NCBI GenBank assembly: GCA_050953065.1
Contig: JBMNLZ010000003.1
Span: 64,001 to 128,000, forward strand
DNA from: Bacilli bacterium
Lineage (GTDB): Bacteria; Bacillota_I; Bacilli_A; ML615J-28; CAG-698
DNA length: 64,000 nucleotides
Direction: 5' to 3'
How positions within the stretch are numbered: the first letter of the stretch is position 1; each line of letters opens with the position of its first letter. Below the pieces are notes generated by a model. It made no database searches and was not told the origin of the DNA. It saw nothing but the letters and a program-made list of their open reading frames with translations. Below are positions 31,985 to 43,143 of the stretch, piece after piece. A program made the position numbers and the translations under genes.

Positions 31985-33324
31985 TATTTTATACCTCTTA
32001 CAACTTTTAAAAAGTTATCTAATTCTTCTTTAGTTTTAGTATAAGTTACACAAAGAAGCAAATGATTTTTTAATTCATTTGAAACCTTAGAAAGATTTAG
32101 TCCACCTAAGATATCATTTTTTAATAATTCGCTATTTAATTTTTCAATATCACCATCATAATAAATAACAAACTCATTAAAGAATTCATGATTAGTTACC
32201 TTTTTAAATCCTTTTATCTTTAGTAATTCATTATATAAATAATGTGCTTTAGATAAAGATTCTAAATTAGAATTTACTAAGCCATTTTTTCCCATTAACA
32301 TCGCATATAATAAAACTTGTAAAGCCATCAAAGATTGATTAGAACAAATATTAGAACTAGCTTTTTCTCTCCTAATATGTTGCTCACGAGCCTGCAATGT
32401 TAAAACAAAGGCACGATGTCCTTCGATGTCATTTGTTAGGCCTACAATACGTCCAGGTAGTTTTCTTACTAGGTAAGATTTACATGCTAAATACCCCAAA
32501 TATGGCCCTCCAAAAGCAAGTGACAGTCCCATACTTTGAGCCTCTCCGCAGGCAATATCAGCCTTCATTTCACCTGGAGATTTTAGAATACTTAAACTAT
32601 TTAGAGGCGAGTTAACAATAAACAAACTTTTATATTGATCTAATAATTCTCTTACTTCAACATCTTCTAAAAGACCAAAAAAGTTAGGAGTTTGAAGCAC
32701 AAAAGCGGCTACATCACTATCTAACTTTTCTTTTAAATCATTTAAGCATACTAAAAAGTTATTGTTTTTAACTAAAACAATCTCAATGTTTCTATATTTT
32801 AAATAAGTCCTAATAACCTCTAATGTATTAGGATTAATAGTATCTGCAATTAAAACTTTATTTCTTTTAGTGTGAACAACAGCCATAAAAATAGCTTCAA
32901 CTGTAGCAGTTGCTCCATCATACATTGAAGCATTACTTGCATCCATTTCAGTTAACTCACAAACTAAAGATTGAAACTCAAAGATATATTGTAAAGTTCC
33001 TTGTGAGATTTCTGCTTGATAAGGTGTATAAGATGTTAAAAACTCTTGACGTGAAGCAATAGTTTTTACTGCTGCAGGAGTATATGCCTCATATGCACCC
33101 GCACCTAAAAATGAAACTAATTTTTTATTTAAATTAGAATCATTTTCTATTCTTTTATATAATTCTCTTTCACTTAATGCAGATGGTAAGTCAAGTTCAC
33201 CTTTAATTAATTTGTCTTTTGGGATAGTTTTAAATAAATCTTCAACTTTTTCTTTACCAATTAAAGATAACATTTCCTCAATATCTTTTTTAGTATGCGG
33301 AAAATACCTATGGTTTACTTGCAT
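31984..33324 (-). CDS. gcvPA: Glycine dehydrogenase subunit 1
   Basis: FLGAGAY, YTPYQAEISQG, NASMYDGATA, REQHIRREKASSNICSN. Confidence 0.96.
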   Translation of the reverse strand: MQVNHRYFPHTKKDIEEMLSLIGKEKVEDLFKTIPKDKLIKGELDLPSALSERELYKRIENDSNLNKKLVSFLGAGAYEAYTPAAVKTIASRQEFLTSYTPYQAEISQGTLQYIFEFQSLVCELTEMDASNASMYDGATATVEAIFMAVVHTKRNKVLIADTINPNTLEVIRTYLKYRNIEIVLVKNNNFLVCLNDLKEKLDSDVAAFVLQTPNFFGLLEDVEVRELLDQYKSLFIVNSPLNSLSILKSPGEMKADIACGEAQSMGLSLAFGGPYLGYLACKSYLVRKLPGRIVGLTNDIEGHRAFVLTLQAREQHIRREKASSNICSNQSLMALQVLLYAMLMGKNGLVNSNLESLSKAHYLYNELLKIKGFKKVTNHEFFNEFVIYYDGDIEKLNSELLKNDILGGLNLSKVSNELKNHLLLCVTYTKTKEELDNFLKVVRGIK

Positions 33325-33692
33325 AATAAAAGATATTCCTCTGAATCTAATAGTTCATCTAAAGTAGCCTCATCAGTAATTTCTACTTTAATTAACCACG
33401 CACTATAAGCATCTTCATTAATAGCCTCAGGTGCATCAACTAAAGCATCATTTACTTCTACTACAACTCCAGTTACAGGAGAATTAATATCAGAAGCTGC
33501 TTTTACTGATTCGATTGCTGCAAAACTTTCTTTATAAGTTACCTTATCTCCAACTTGGTTTAATTCTAAATAAACAATGTCTCCAAGACTGTCTTGTGCA
33601 TAATCAGTAATGCCGATTGTTGCAATGCTACCATCAATTTTTACCCATTCATGTGAATCTAAATACTTTAATTCTTTTTTAACTTTACTCAT
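33315..33692 (-). CDS. gcvH: Glycine cleavage system H protein
   Basis: HEWV, GITDYAQDSLGDIV, IESVKAASD lipoyl-Lys motif. Confidence 0.96.
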   Translation of the reverse strand: MSKVKKELKYLDSHEWVKIDGSIATIGITDYAQDSLGDIVYLELNQVGDKVTYKESFAAIESVKAASDINSPVTGVVVEVNDALVDAPEAINEDAYSAWLIKVEITDEATLDELLDSEEYLLLCK

Positions 33693-33719
33693 TTTTTAAA
33701 ATTACCTTTCTTTTATCTA

Positions 33720-34796
33720 TTATTTCTTTTTATTTAAAAATCTCTTATCTCTAATTAATGCTCTTACAAACGAATTTCTAATTTTAACTAATACTTCACT
33801 TCCAACAATAGCATGTTCAGACTTAATAAATGCTTGAGCATAAACTTTATTTGAATTTGGAATCATATAACCAGTTGTTATAACACCTATTTCTTTATCT
33901 TTTAAATATATAGGATAAGAATGTCTTGCAATTCCTCTTTCAAGAAGCTCTAATCCAACTAACTTTCTACTTACTCCTACTTCTCTTAATTCTAACAAAG
34001 CCTTTTTACCAATAAAGTCTTTGTTATAGCCAATTGCATAATTAAGACCAGCTTCAAGCGGAGAGATATCTTCTCCTAATTCGTTTCCATAAAGCGGCAT
34101 TCCCGCCTCAAAGCGCAAAGTATCTCTTGAACCTAAACCACACATTGTAACATTTTTATCTTTACTTAATTTTAAAAACAAAGCATAAATATCATCGTTT
34201 TTACCATAAATTTCAAAACCATCTTCTCCAGTATAACCACTCCTTGAAACTAAAAATTTTTTATCAATAATAGTCATACTATCAAAACGAAAGAATTTTA
34301 AATTGTCTAATTCATAATCAGTATACTTTTCTAAAACTATACTTGCATTAGGGCCTTGCAAAGCAAGCAAGCCTATCTCATTAGACCTATCAATGACGCT
34401 ACAATTAAAATTACCAACTTGACTTAAAATCCATTCATAATCTTTATCTTTATTTGAAGCATTTACTACTAATAAAATATTATCATTAGCTAACTTATAA
34501 ACCATTAAATCATCAATCACACAACCTCTTTCATTTAAAAGTAATCCGTAAAGCATTTTAGAGTCTTCAACACTTTCTACATCACTTGAAATTATGTAGT
34601 TAGCAAACTTTAAAGCATTCGCTCCTTTAATATAGATCTCTCCCATATGACAAACATCAAACAATCCACATTCTTCTCTTACAGCTTTATGTTCTATAGA
34701 AATTGATGAGTATTCTAAAGGCATCAAAAAGCCTCCAAATTCTACCATTTTAGCATTTAATTTTAAATGTTCTTCGTATAAAATAGTTTTTTTCAT
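33720..34796 (-). CDS. gcvT: Glycine cleavage aminomethyltransferase T
   Basis: FDVCHMGE, ALQGP, SRSGYTGEDGFE, RDTLRFEAG. Confidence 0.96.
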   Translation of the reverse strand: MKKTILYEEHLKLNAKMVEFGGFLMPLEYSSISIEHKAVREECGLFDVCHMGEIYIKGANALKFANYIISSDVESVEDSKMLYGLLLNERGCVIDDLMVYKLANDNILLVVNASNKDKDYEWILSQVGNFNCSVIDRSNEIGLLALQGPNASIVLEKYTDYELDNLKFFRFDSMTIIDKKFLVSRSGYTGEDGFEIYGKNDDIYALFLKLSKDKNVTMCGLGSRDTLRFEAGMPLYGNELGEDISPLEAGLNYAIGYNKDFIGKKALLELREVGVSRKLVGLELLERGIARHSYPIYLKDKEIGVITTGYMIPNSNKVYAQAFIKSEHAIVGSEVLVKIRNSFVRALIRDKRFLNKKK

Positions 34797-34807
34797 ATTT
34801 CCCTTCC

Positions 34808-35767
34808 TTAAAATAATAATTTAATAAAATCTTCATTTTTGGCTTCTATGATATAGAAAGAGATATCAATCTCTTTTAATTTTTTTAAAAAAGCATCTTT
34901 ACTAAAATCAAGACCTTTAAAATAATTTAAAAATTCATTTAGTTCTAAAAGAGTAAAAAAATCACCTTTTAAATCAATTGTTTTTACTTTTCCTTTATAT
35001 ACATCAACAAACACTTCTAATGTGCCATAACTAAAGGTTATCTTATTTCTATATATAAAGGGTGGTTCTTTTTCTAAAAGCCAATCTTTACTTAAAAAAT
35101 TTTTTTCAATTTTTAAAATTTCTTTTAAATCTTTTTTTGTTAAGATTTGTTTTTCTTTAGCAATAAAATTATTCAAATGATTCATAACTTCTTGTTTGGA
35201 AAGGTTAAGATATTCTTTTAAATTAATAACTCTTTCTTTAACACTTTTAATTCCTTTAGAAATTAACTTTTCATTATTAGGAGTAATTGATTTTACTAAA
35301 GCTTCTATATTAGTATCATAAAGAAACGTCCCATGTAAAATAGAACCTTCGCTAGTTTGATAATAAGAATTTCCTGAAAATTTCTTTTCTTTATATAATA
35401 AATCATTTCTTCCAGAAAAATAAACATCCAATCCTATATCTTTTAATGCTAAAGCAATTAACTCTAATCTTTTAAAAACTCTTTTCTTGTTTTTGATTCT
35501 ACTTAAGAAAGTAAACATAAAGCAACCATCATCAGCATAAATTGCACCACCTCCTGATGGTCTTCTGTAAACAAACAAATTATTTTTCTTAACATAGTCC
35601 ATATTAACTTCTGCTTCCATTAGTTGGTGTTTTCCAATTACAATTGATGCATCAATATCCCATAAAAAGAAAAACTCTTCTTTTGAACTAATTAATAAAT
35701 ATTCTTCTAATGCTAAATAAAAAGAAACTCTTTGTTTGCCTAAACTACTTAAATCAATTACTTTCAT
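34808..35767 (-). CDS. lplA: Lipoate-protein ligase A
   Basis: RRPSGGGAIY, GRNDL, KFSGN, HGTFL, KGIKSV; upstream of gcv genes. Confidence 0.9.
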   Translation of the reverse strand: MKVIDLSSLGKQRVSFYLALEEYLLISSKEEFFFLWDIDASIVIGKHQLMEAEVNMDYVKKNNLFVYRRPSGGGAIYADDGCFMFTFLSRIKNKKRVFKRLELIALALKDIGLDVYFSGRNDLLYKEKKFSGNSYYQTSEGSILHGTFLYDTNIEALVKSITPNNEKLISKGIKSVKERVINLKEYLNLSKQEVMNHLNNFIAKEKQILTKKDLKEILKIEKNFLSKDWLLEKEPPFIYRNKITFSYGTLEVFVDVYKGKVKTIDLKGDFFTLLELNEFLNYFKGLDFSKDAFLKKLKEIDISFYIIEAKNEDFIKLLF

Positions 35768-35914
35768 TTCATTTCCTCAAATATCTATTATATAATAACA
35801 TAATTCAGATATTTTTTAAAGATAAAAAAATGATTATATAATTAAGTTTATGCTTTAAATATGATTAAACTTAAAAACTTTTTCCCTTTTAATTTTTTCT
35901 TAAACGCATTCATT

Positions 35915-35951
35915 AAAAACACTTCCTACCGATTGGTAGAAAGTGTTTTTT
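35915..35951 (-). terminator. Rho-independent terminator closing the large surface-protein operon
   Basis: aaaaacacttcctacc-gatt-ggtagaaagtgttttt. Confidence 0.75.
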
Positions 35952-36006
35952 AAATAATAATATTAGAAAAAGTCAATATTACTATCAATTAAAATTTGAA
36001 AAAACT

Positions 36007-39000
36007 TTAGTACGAAGCTGTAACTGCTATAGACTTGCCTATGTTAATTGATGCACCAGTATTTACAGCAGTCAGTGTAGCACTTCCAGAGCCTCCAGAA
36101 GTTACACTTATACCAACCTCATAGCTACCATTACTTACAATTTGAATTGGTGGATCACCACTTGTAGTCAAACTTGCCCAAGCTGGATTTGCATAAATTC
36201 CCATATTCATAGCAGTACCTGCCAAATTATAAACTTGAATTCTAAACATTCTAGCACTAGAACTTGTTCTTCTAGCTGAATATTCACCTGTTATTGTTGC
36301 TTGACTAGTAGATGCAACAGTATCTTGAGCACCAGAAATATAATTCCACAATGCTATTCTAAATAACACTTCAGGTACAACATGCATACAAATTCTAACC
36401 TTTATACCATCCCATCCAGCTTGATTTTTAAATGCTATTGTAATCCAACTCCAACCAGCACCAGTAGGATCTAATATATTAGCACTTCCACCTCTTAATA
36501 CAATTGCACTTGTATTAGATGATGTAATATTTGTATTATTTCCAAATGTAAATCCACTAAACGGAATAGTAGAAACTTGAAGTGAAATACGGTCAACGTT
36601 ATGTAAATTTCTAATTTTCCATTTTGTAGCAGCATTAGCTGTATATGTAATCAAAGGAGCTGCTGGTGCATTAATTCTTTGGTCATATAAATAACTTACA
36701 AAATTAGTTGCATTTGTACTGCCGTTATGGAATGTAGTACCTAAAGGTGCTTTCATTTTAGCATAGAATGTTTTATTACCAGTTTGACCTGCTGGAATAG
36801 AAGTTACTGCAGAGCCAGAGAAAGCATATGTATCATAATTTGGAGCATCTGCATACCATCCTTCATGATCCCAAGTAGAGCCACTCCATGCAGCAGGTAG
36901 TGAAGTCGCACTTGCTACAGTATATGTACTTGGAGTAAGAGCTCTTGTATTATATGCAAATAGTTGAGTTGAAGAATTATAAGCATCAACAGAACGATAA
37001 GTTATACTATAAGTTATAACAGTCCATTGAGCATAAAGTGTAGTATCAGCTGAAACATTATAAACAGTTGTTTCTGTATAAGTTGTACCACTTCCGTTTA
37101 CAGCAGTATTCCAGCCATTAAATGTATAACCTGTTCTAGATGTGGTTGCTAAAGTACCTACTGCAGCACCAACTGTTACTTGTTTACTAGTTGGGCTAGG
37201 AGTTGAACCACCATTACCATCAAAATACAGTGTATAAGCATCGCCAACCCAAGAAGCATATAAAGTAATACTTTCAAATTTATCCCAATTTCTAGCACTT
37301 GTCATCGAAGCAGTATAGTATTGCGTTCCGCTACCATTTGTACCTGTCCAATAGCCATTAAATGTCCACCCTGTTCTTGTAGGAGCAGTTGCTGCTGGCA
37401 TTGGTTGGCCATAAGTAGCTTGAACGCTATCGCTTCCACCAGTTCCACTTTGTTTATTAAAAGTAATATTAAATTGAGTCGCAAAAGTTCCATTATAAGT
37501 AGAGACTTGAGTCCATAATGCATAATATTTTTCAGCAGGAACAACTCCAGCAGCAACGCTAGTTATAGCACCACCTGTAAAGCTTGGGTTATTATACCAA
37601 CCACCAAACAAATATCCTTCTCTATATGGTGCTCTTAATGGAGCCACAGTTCCATCGCGATAAGATGTAATTTGATAAGTTACAGTTTGTTGAGCTCTTG
37701 ACGATCCACTTACGTAATATCTTAAAGTTGGAGTAGGAATTGAACCACGCAATTGTGTAAACAAAGTATCATTAAGTGTTCCAGTTACTCCTTGAGTTCC
37801 ATAGAAATATCCATCTAAAATAAAGCCAAATCCAGCAATTCCATATCCATCTGTTGAGTTCATCGATTCAATCACAGGATATTGATTTCTCTTTAATTGA
37901 TATAATTCATAAACAAGTTCAAATACATTAGCATATTTACTCTTATAAGGTTCTGTTCCTAAAAATCCACCTGATACGTTTTTACCTGAAATCGAACTCC
38001 AGAAGAATTGCGAATATCCATCATTACTAAAAAATGATACAGAACCCAAACCGCCATATCTATCAGAGGTATGGTTATACCACGCTCTTGGGTCAACAGC
38101 ATCGGCACTAAAAGCTGCCCAAGTTGTTTTTCTAAATTCAGCTCTTACCAAACTAGAACTTAACAAGTTATTATCATATAAATAATGATAAAAATCTTGC
38201 ATAAACATTTCTGGTAAATTCGATACGCTATCTATTCCATTGGCAGGATTGCTTACAGTACCTGTTGTCCAAGTCCATGAACCACCATTTAATTCATATG
38301 TAAGATTGAAATTCCAGATAGCATAAAGCGTTATATTATTAGCAACTTGATATACAGTTGTAGCTGTATATGCTTGACCACTTCCGTTTGCAGCAGTATT
38401 CCATTCTACAAAAGTAGCTCTTGTTCTACTAGTAGTTGCTAAAGCACCTACTTGAGCATCATAAGTTACTTGTTTTGTTGCAGGATTTGGATCTGTTGCA
38501 TCTGAACAGTTTTTATTGAAAGTAATAGTATATACATTAGGAGTCCATTTTGACCAATATTGAATATCTTTTGTTACTGTAATATTCATAGCATCTTGAG
38601 CTTTATTAATCAAACCTGGTTCAGTATACCAGCCACCAAAAGAATAACCCGTTTTTGTATAACCTGGAGTTATAACAGCGTTATATTGATAAATGCCAAA
38701 AACCTTATTTTCTCCTTGATCTGTTAAACTTACTAAGTATAGATCTTGTACCCAAACAGCGTAAAGCGTATAAACTCCACCTACTCCTGCTGCTTCAATC
38801 TCTAATAATTCTTCATTAGTAATCACTTGCTTATCAAAGAATTTAATATATAATCCATTTGAATTAAGTGACCAACCTCTAAATGTATGTCCTGCTTTTG
38901 TTAGAGTATTAGTTGACAAAGCAACAGTTGATAAATATGTTTGGTTTTGATTAGGCATTGAGCCTGCCCCACCATTACTATTAAAAGCAATTGAATATGT

Positions 39001-42000
39001 AGTTACTCCCCATTGAGCATAAAGTACTATACTTGCTCCATGAGTTAATGAAATTGGATTAGCTGAACTTATTAAAGCTTGATTACTATAACTTGTACCA
39101 GTGCCATTGGCTTGAGTATTCCAGCCTAAGAATGAATACCCAGCTTTTACAAAAGTATTTGCACATAAATTTTCACTAACATTATATACAAAATCTTGAT
39201 ACGCTGGATTCATTATTCCAGATCCACCATTGGCATCAAAAACTACAGTATATTCTATTGGTATCCAGACAGCTTTTAATAAAGCATCGTGCGGTAAATA
39301 TGCTTGATAAGTATAAGGTACTCCACATTCAAATGTTTCATTAGCTGAGATTTCATATTCCCAACCAACTAATCTATATCCTGTTTTCTTAATTGTTGCA
39401 TCAACCATTCTAACAGTTGATAATTCACCAAAATAGACATCATCTGTTGCATCGGCTGTTACTCCTTCAATAGAGTAACTTATTGTATCTTTAAACCATG
39501 CAACTAAAACCGTACTTTCATTAATTGCAGTTGAAAAATTAAATGCTGCACCTGCTTTTGTCACTGAAGATCCAACATATAAGTATCCATTATGTGAAGG
39601 AATTAAGTTTCCTCCACTGTATTTATTCCAACCCATAAATGTCCAACCTGACATTGTTGGATTTGCTGGTGCAGTAACTGTAGCACCTTGATTTACAACT
39701 GCAACACTATTAACCTTTAATACTAAATCGCTTGTTATGCTATTAGTTGTATTTCCATCTGCCCAATACATAAAGATTACTTGACGTTTATTAGTAGTCC
39801 AAGTACCACTTGAAGCCGTATATACAATATCTAAAACTCTTTCTCCACCTATTACAAACTCACTAATTGGATTCCCTGCAACACTCCAAGGCCTAACTCC
39901 TTCTTCTATTATTACAGAGTTATCAATAGTTAAAATAGAACCATTTGTTCCAGCTAAAATATATGCTTTTGAACCTTTTAGACTACCAGTTGAAACAGTA
40001 AAATTAGCATTTATTGTTAAATAATAAATTCCTAAGTCTATATTTATATTTTGATTGATTGTTTTAGCTGAATCTAGACTTGTATTCATTAAAAGTGTCA
40101 CAGTAGACCCAACAGAAAGTAAAGCTCTATCAATTGCTGATTCTATACTATTATAATAAATTTCTGACTTATCTGGTAAAGTTACTTTAGCAACACCAGG
40201 TGTCCACTTAGCATAAATCGTAGCAGTTGTTCCAGCACCAACTAATGTTAGTAATTCTGCTCTAGTAATGCTTGCACCAAGTGCTTGAGTAAGTGCCTCA
40301 TCTTTATACCAACCAGCAAAAATGTATCCATAAGCTGCTCCACCAACCATATACGTTCCACGCTTGAAAGGAGTTGGTAACGTATAAGGAAATGATGTTG
40401 TATCAGTTTGTGCAAAAGATTTATTAGCAATTCTATATGGATATGATGAGAAAAAGATATAATCTAAACCATTAGAAACATTTGAGTAATCCATCGTAAT
40501 AGGCCATGTTGTACGTTGTCTATCCGCTAAAAATGCCCAAATTTCATTCTTAACAATATTATGTCCATCACCTGTTTGACCTAAAGTACCATCAAGTAAA
40601 TTTTCAAAATATGTGTTATCTAATCCAGCAGCTTCTCTAATGGACATAATATATTCTATCATCCATAACCAACTAGCTCTTATTGTATTATCATCGAAAA
40701 AAGCAGTTGGTGTACAATTAAATACATCCATTCTTGCAATTAACGCAGTAGCTTCATTATAACCTAAATCACCACTAATCTTCAAATCAACATTACTTGC
40801 AAGAGCTTCTCTTGAGCCACCATCATCATTTCTATGAATATTATAATATTCAGTATAATCAGTTAAAAATTCATTAACCATATCTGTTTTAGTTTCATAA
40901 CTATCTATGACACCTGCATCAAGATTAAATTGTAATAAATAATCCACTGATATCATTTTTTCTTCTAAAACTAAATCTTTTGTTACGGCTTGGTTTCTAA
41001 CAAATTCATTTTCACCTTCATACCAACCATCAAAAATAACATACGCAGTAGTTTCAGGCTCAAAATCATATACACCACCTACACCATTATCTGCAAAGAA
41101 ACTTGCAATAGTACCGTATTTTAATACTTTCAAAACCTTTCCGCCTGTTGTATCAAACTTAACCCAATAATAAGGTTTTGAAATAGAATCATTTGTAAAG
41201 GTAGTTGAACCTGTAATTGAGAATTTATTAATTGTATTTACTTCAGTAACCACATTATTAAATACTTTAATATATTCTGTAATACTACTTACACTACTAA
41301 TTAAAACATCCATATCCATTGATATTTCTAGATAAGTATTATTTGTATTTGCTAGAGTTGGTACTTTTATTTGATTAGTTGATGCAGTACTTACTCCATC
41401 AAAATAAATATCAATCATATATTTTGATGGACTTGCTACTACTGAAACATTTGTTAGATCAATATAACCAACTGTTCCTAAGTTAACCACCTGAACAGTA
41501 CTTACCTTATTAGTTCCATCAGCAGCTTCTGCTGTAATAGTTCCTACAACACTTTTTTCAGAAATAAAGATTCTTGATTTATTGCCTTCTGAAGGCTGTT
41601 TTGAAATAAGAATACTAGCAGCCGTAGATGCACCTTTTTTCGTTTTTAAATCATAAAAACTCAAGCCACTACTTGAATTTAATCTTTGTTCGTCAGCCTC
41701 ATCATATGAAACATTTGCTTTTATATTTCCAGTAACTGATAATTGATCAGCACTAGTATCACCAAATAAAGCAACACTTAGGTTAGGAGCATTTATATTC
41801 AAATCATTTGAAACAACAGTTTTCCCCCCATCTCCCATATCAATATAAATTCTACCAGTAGCATTTGTTGTTATATTTAAATTAACAACATTAAGATTAC
41901 TTCCACTTGGAATATGTAAAAAAACACTATTACTAGCAACTGGTGCTTGGTAACTAAGGTTTCCTGAAATTGTTAAATTAAAACCATTTAAGTCTAAAGT

Positions 42001-43092
42001 TATTCCCTTATAAACTGTTAAATTTTGACTAGTTGAAATATTAGCTGTTAATCTAATAGTATGTTTATTACTAGCTCCCGTTGTTTCATTTAAAGCAGCT
42101 AATAATTCAGTCTCATTACTAACAAGCCAAATTGGACCTTCTTTTTCATTAACTGTATAAACTTGACCAAAAGTAATATGTGATCTTGGCTTTAAATATA
42201 AACTATTACTTGAACCAACATTTTGAGAAGTAACAGTTCCAGTAATAATATTATATTCAAATCTCCAAAATGTAAATCCACCATCTTTATAACCAGGACC
42301 TGTTATTCCATCTAAAAAACACCCTCTATTAGGATTTGCTAAATCACCAATTAAAAGATTTGCTAAATCAGATAAGTCACCTGAAGAAACTAATGCTTCT
42401 GTTCCAAATCTAACTTCCTCATTTAAATATAAGTCAAGTGGAGTTGCCAAATCATCGTATGCAATAACTTCCCACTCATTATTAATATATTGATACATCA
42501 CATAATAACTAGGAGATTTATATAAATAAATTACTCCAGCTGAACCAGTCCCACTTGGTTTTGAAGTTGTATAAGTTTTTGTTATAGGACTTCCCCAACC
42601 AGAGGAAGTTTTTTTATATAAATCATTATTAACAGTATTAACATAATAATTAGAAATTACTCCTAACTCAGAACTAGGAGCACCACTTCCTTTTAAAATC
42701 CTATCCATTCTTAAATTATCTAAAGTATATATCTCATAAATACTATAAGAAAATCTATTTAAATAAAAATCATAACTTAAATCATATGTATCAAAAGATA
42801 ACATTCCATATAAACTAGCAACACCTTTATTTTCCATTGAAAGATATCTAGTACAAGTTTCATCATATTTTTCAATGTAGTCTACAGTATTTTTAGGAAT
42901 TACTTTTCCTGTTTCATCATACCACTGAACATCCATTTGGAAATCATTAACAACTTTAATAGATGCTCCTTGCTCTTTTGAATCATATTTAATTGAATAC
43001 CAAGCATGAGTATTTGAAAGGTAAGCGAATGCTATAAATAACGTCAAAACAACAATCACAATTGATTGTATTCTATAAACTCTCGTTTTCAT
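36007..43092 (-). CDS. Giant secreted adhesin-like protein (~2360 aa) with SipW-type signal peptide and InlB B-repeats
   Basis: N-terminal hydrophobic stretch ending NTHA-WY; ENKG TasA-like motif; many GY.F.GW repeats; no C-terminal anchor; ATG at 43092 after GGGGGTG RBS. Confidence 0.8.
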   Translation of the reverse strand: MKTRVYRIQSIVIVVLTLFIAFAYLSNTHAWYSIKYDSKEQGASIKVVNDFQMDVQWYDETGKVIPKNTVDYIEKYDETCTRYLSMENKGVASLYGMLSFDTYDLSYDFYLNRFSYSIYEIYTLDNLRMDRILKGSGAPSSELGVISNYYVNTVNNDLYKKTSSGWGSPITKTYTTSKPSGTGSAGVIYLYKSPSYYVMYQYINNEWEVIAYDDLATPLDLYLNEEVRFGTEALVSSGDLSDLANLLIGDLANPNRGCFLDGITGPGYKDGGFTFWRFEYNIITGTVTSQNVGSSNSLYLKPRSHITFGQVYTVNEKEGPIWLVSNETELLAALNETTGASNKHTIRLTANISTSQNLTVYKGITLDLNGFNLTISGNLSYQAPVASNSVFLHIPSGSNLNVVNLNITTNATGRIYIDMGDGGKTVVSNDLNINAPNLSVALFGDTSADQLSVTGNIKANVSYDEADEQRLNSSSGLSFYDLKTKKGASTAASILISKQPSEGNKSRIFISEKSVVGTITAEAADGTNKVSTVQVVNLGTVGYIDLTNVSVVASPSKYMIDIYFDGVSTASTNQIKVPTLANTNNTYLEISMDMDVLISSVSSITEYIKVFNNVVTEVNTINKFSITGSTTFTNDSISKPYYWVKFDTTGGKVLKVLKYGTIASFFADNGVGGVYDFEPETTAYVIFDGWYEGENEFVRNQAVTKDLVLEEKMISVDYLLQFNLDAGVIDSYETKTDMVNEFLTDYTEYYNIHRNDDGGSREALASNVDLKISGDLGYNEATALIARMDVFNCTPTAFFDDNTIRASWLWMIEYIMSIREAAGLDNTYFENLLDGTLGQTGDGHNIVKNEIWAFLADRQRTTWPITMDYSNVSNGLDYIFFSSYPYRIANKSFAQTDTTSFPYTLPTPFKRGTYMVGGAAYGYIFAGWYKDEALTQALGASITRAELLTLVGAGTTATIYAKWTPGVAKVTLPDKSEIYYNSIESAIDRALLSVGSTVTLLMNTSLDSAKTINQNINIDLGIYYLTINANFTVSTGSLKGSKAYILAGTNGSILTIDNSVIIEEGVRPWSVAGNPISEFVIGGERVLDIVYTASSGTWTTNKRQVIFMYWADGNTTNSITSDLVLKVNSVAVVNQGATVTAPANPTMSGWTFMGWNKYSGGNLIPSHNGYLYVGSSVTKAGAAFNFSTAINESTVLVAWFKDTISYSIEGVTADATDDVYFGELSTVRMVDATIKKTGYRLVGWEYEISANETFECGVPYTYQAYLPHDALLKAVWIPIEYTVVFDANGGSGIMNPAYQDFVYNVSENLCANTFVKAGYSFLGWNTQANGTGTSYSNQALISSANPISLTHGASIVLYAQWGVTTYSIAFNSNGGAGSMPNQNQTYLSTVALSTNTLTKAGHTFRGWSLNSNGLYIKFFDKQVITNEELLEIEAAGVGGVYTLYAVWVQDLYLVSLTDQGENKVFGIYQYNAVITPGYTKTGYSFGGWYTEPGLINKAQDAMNITVTKDIQYWSKWTPNVYTITFNKNCSDATDPNPATKQVTYDAQVGALATTSRTRATFVEWNTAANGSGQAYTATTVYQVANNITLYAIWNFNLTYELNGGSWTWTTGTVSNPANGIDSVSNLPEMFMQDFYHYLYDNNLLSSSLVRAEFRKTTWAAFSADAVDPRAWYNHTSDRYGGLGSVSFFSNDGYSQFFWSSISGKNVSGGFLGTEPYKSKYANVFELVYELYQLKRNQYPVIESMNSTDGYGIAGFGFILDGYFYGTQGVTGTLNDTLFTQLRGSIPTPTLRYYVSGSSRAQQTVTYQITSYRDGTVAPLRAPYREGYLFGGWYNNPSFTGGAITSVAAGVVPAEKYYALWTQVSTYNGTFATQFNITFNKQSGTGGSDSVQATYGQPMPAATAPTRTGWTFNGYWTGTNGSGTQYYTASMTSARNWDKFESITLYASWVGDAYTLYFDGNGGSTPSPTSKQVTVGAAVGTLATTSRTGYTFNGWNTAVNGSGTTYTETTVYNVSADTTLYAQWTVITYSITYRSVDAYNSSTQLFAYNTRALTPSTYTVASATSLPAAWSGSTWDHEGWYADAPNYDTYAFSGSAVTSIPAGQTGNKTFYAKMKAPLGTTFHNGSTNATNFVSYLYDQRINAPAAPLITYTANAATKWKIRNLHNVDRISLQVSTIPFSGFTFGNNTNITSSNTSAIVLRGGSANILDPTGAGWSWITIAFKNQAGWDGIKVRICMHVVPEVLFRIALWNYISGAQDTVASTSQATITGEYSARRTSSSARMFRIQVYNLAGTAMNMGIYANPAWASLTTSGDPPIQIVSNGSYEVGISVTSGGSGSATLTAVNTGASINIGKSIAVTASY
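39233..39520. repeat. Near-identical 288-bp block, copy 1 (copy 2 at 46805-47092)
   Basis: Visual alignment shows only 2 mismatches at offset 7572. Confidence 0.85.
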
Positions 43093-43143
43093 AGCATTCA
43101 CCCCCTTTTATTTAAATTTTTAATTAAAAATTACAAACTATCT

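Noticed and set aside
35768-35915. Glycine riboswitch upstream of lplA-gcvT
   Set aside because: The region is almost pure A/T and lacks the conserved GGAGA...CCGAAG / CTCTCAGG aptamer motifs
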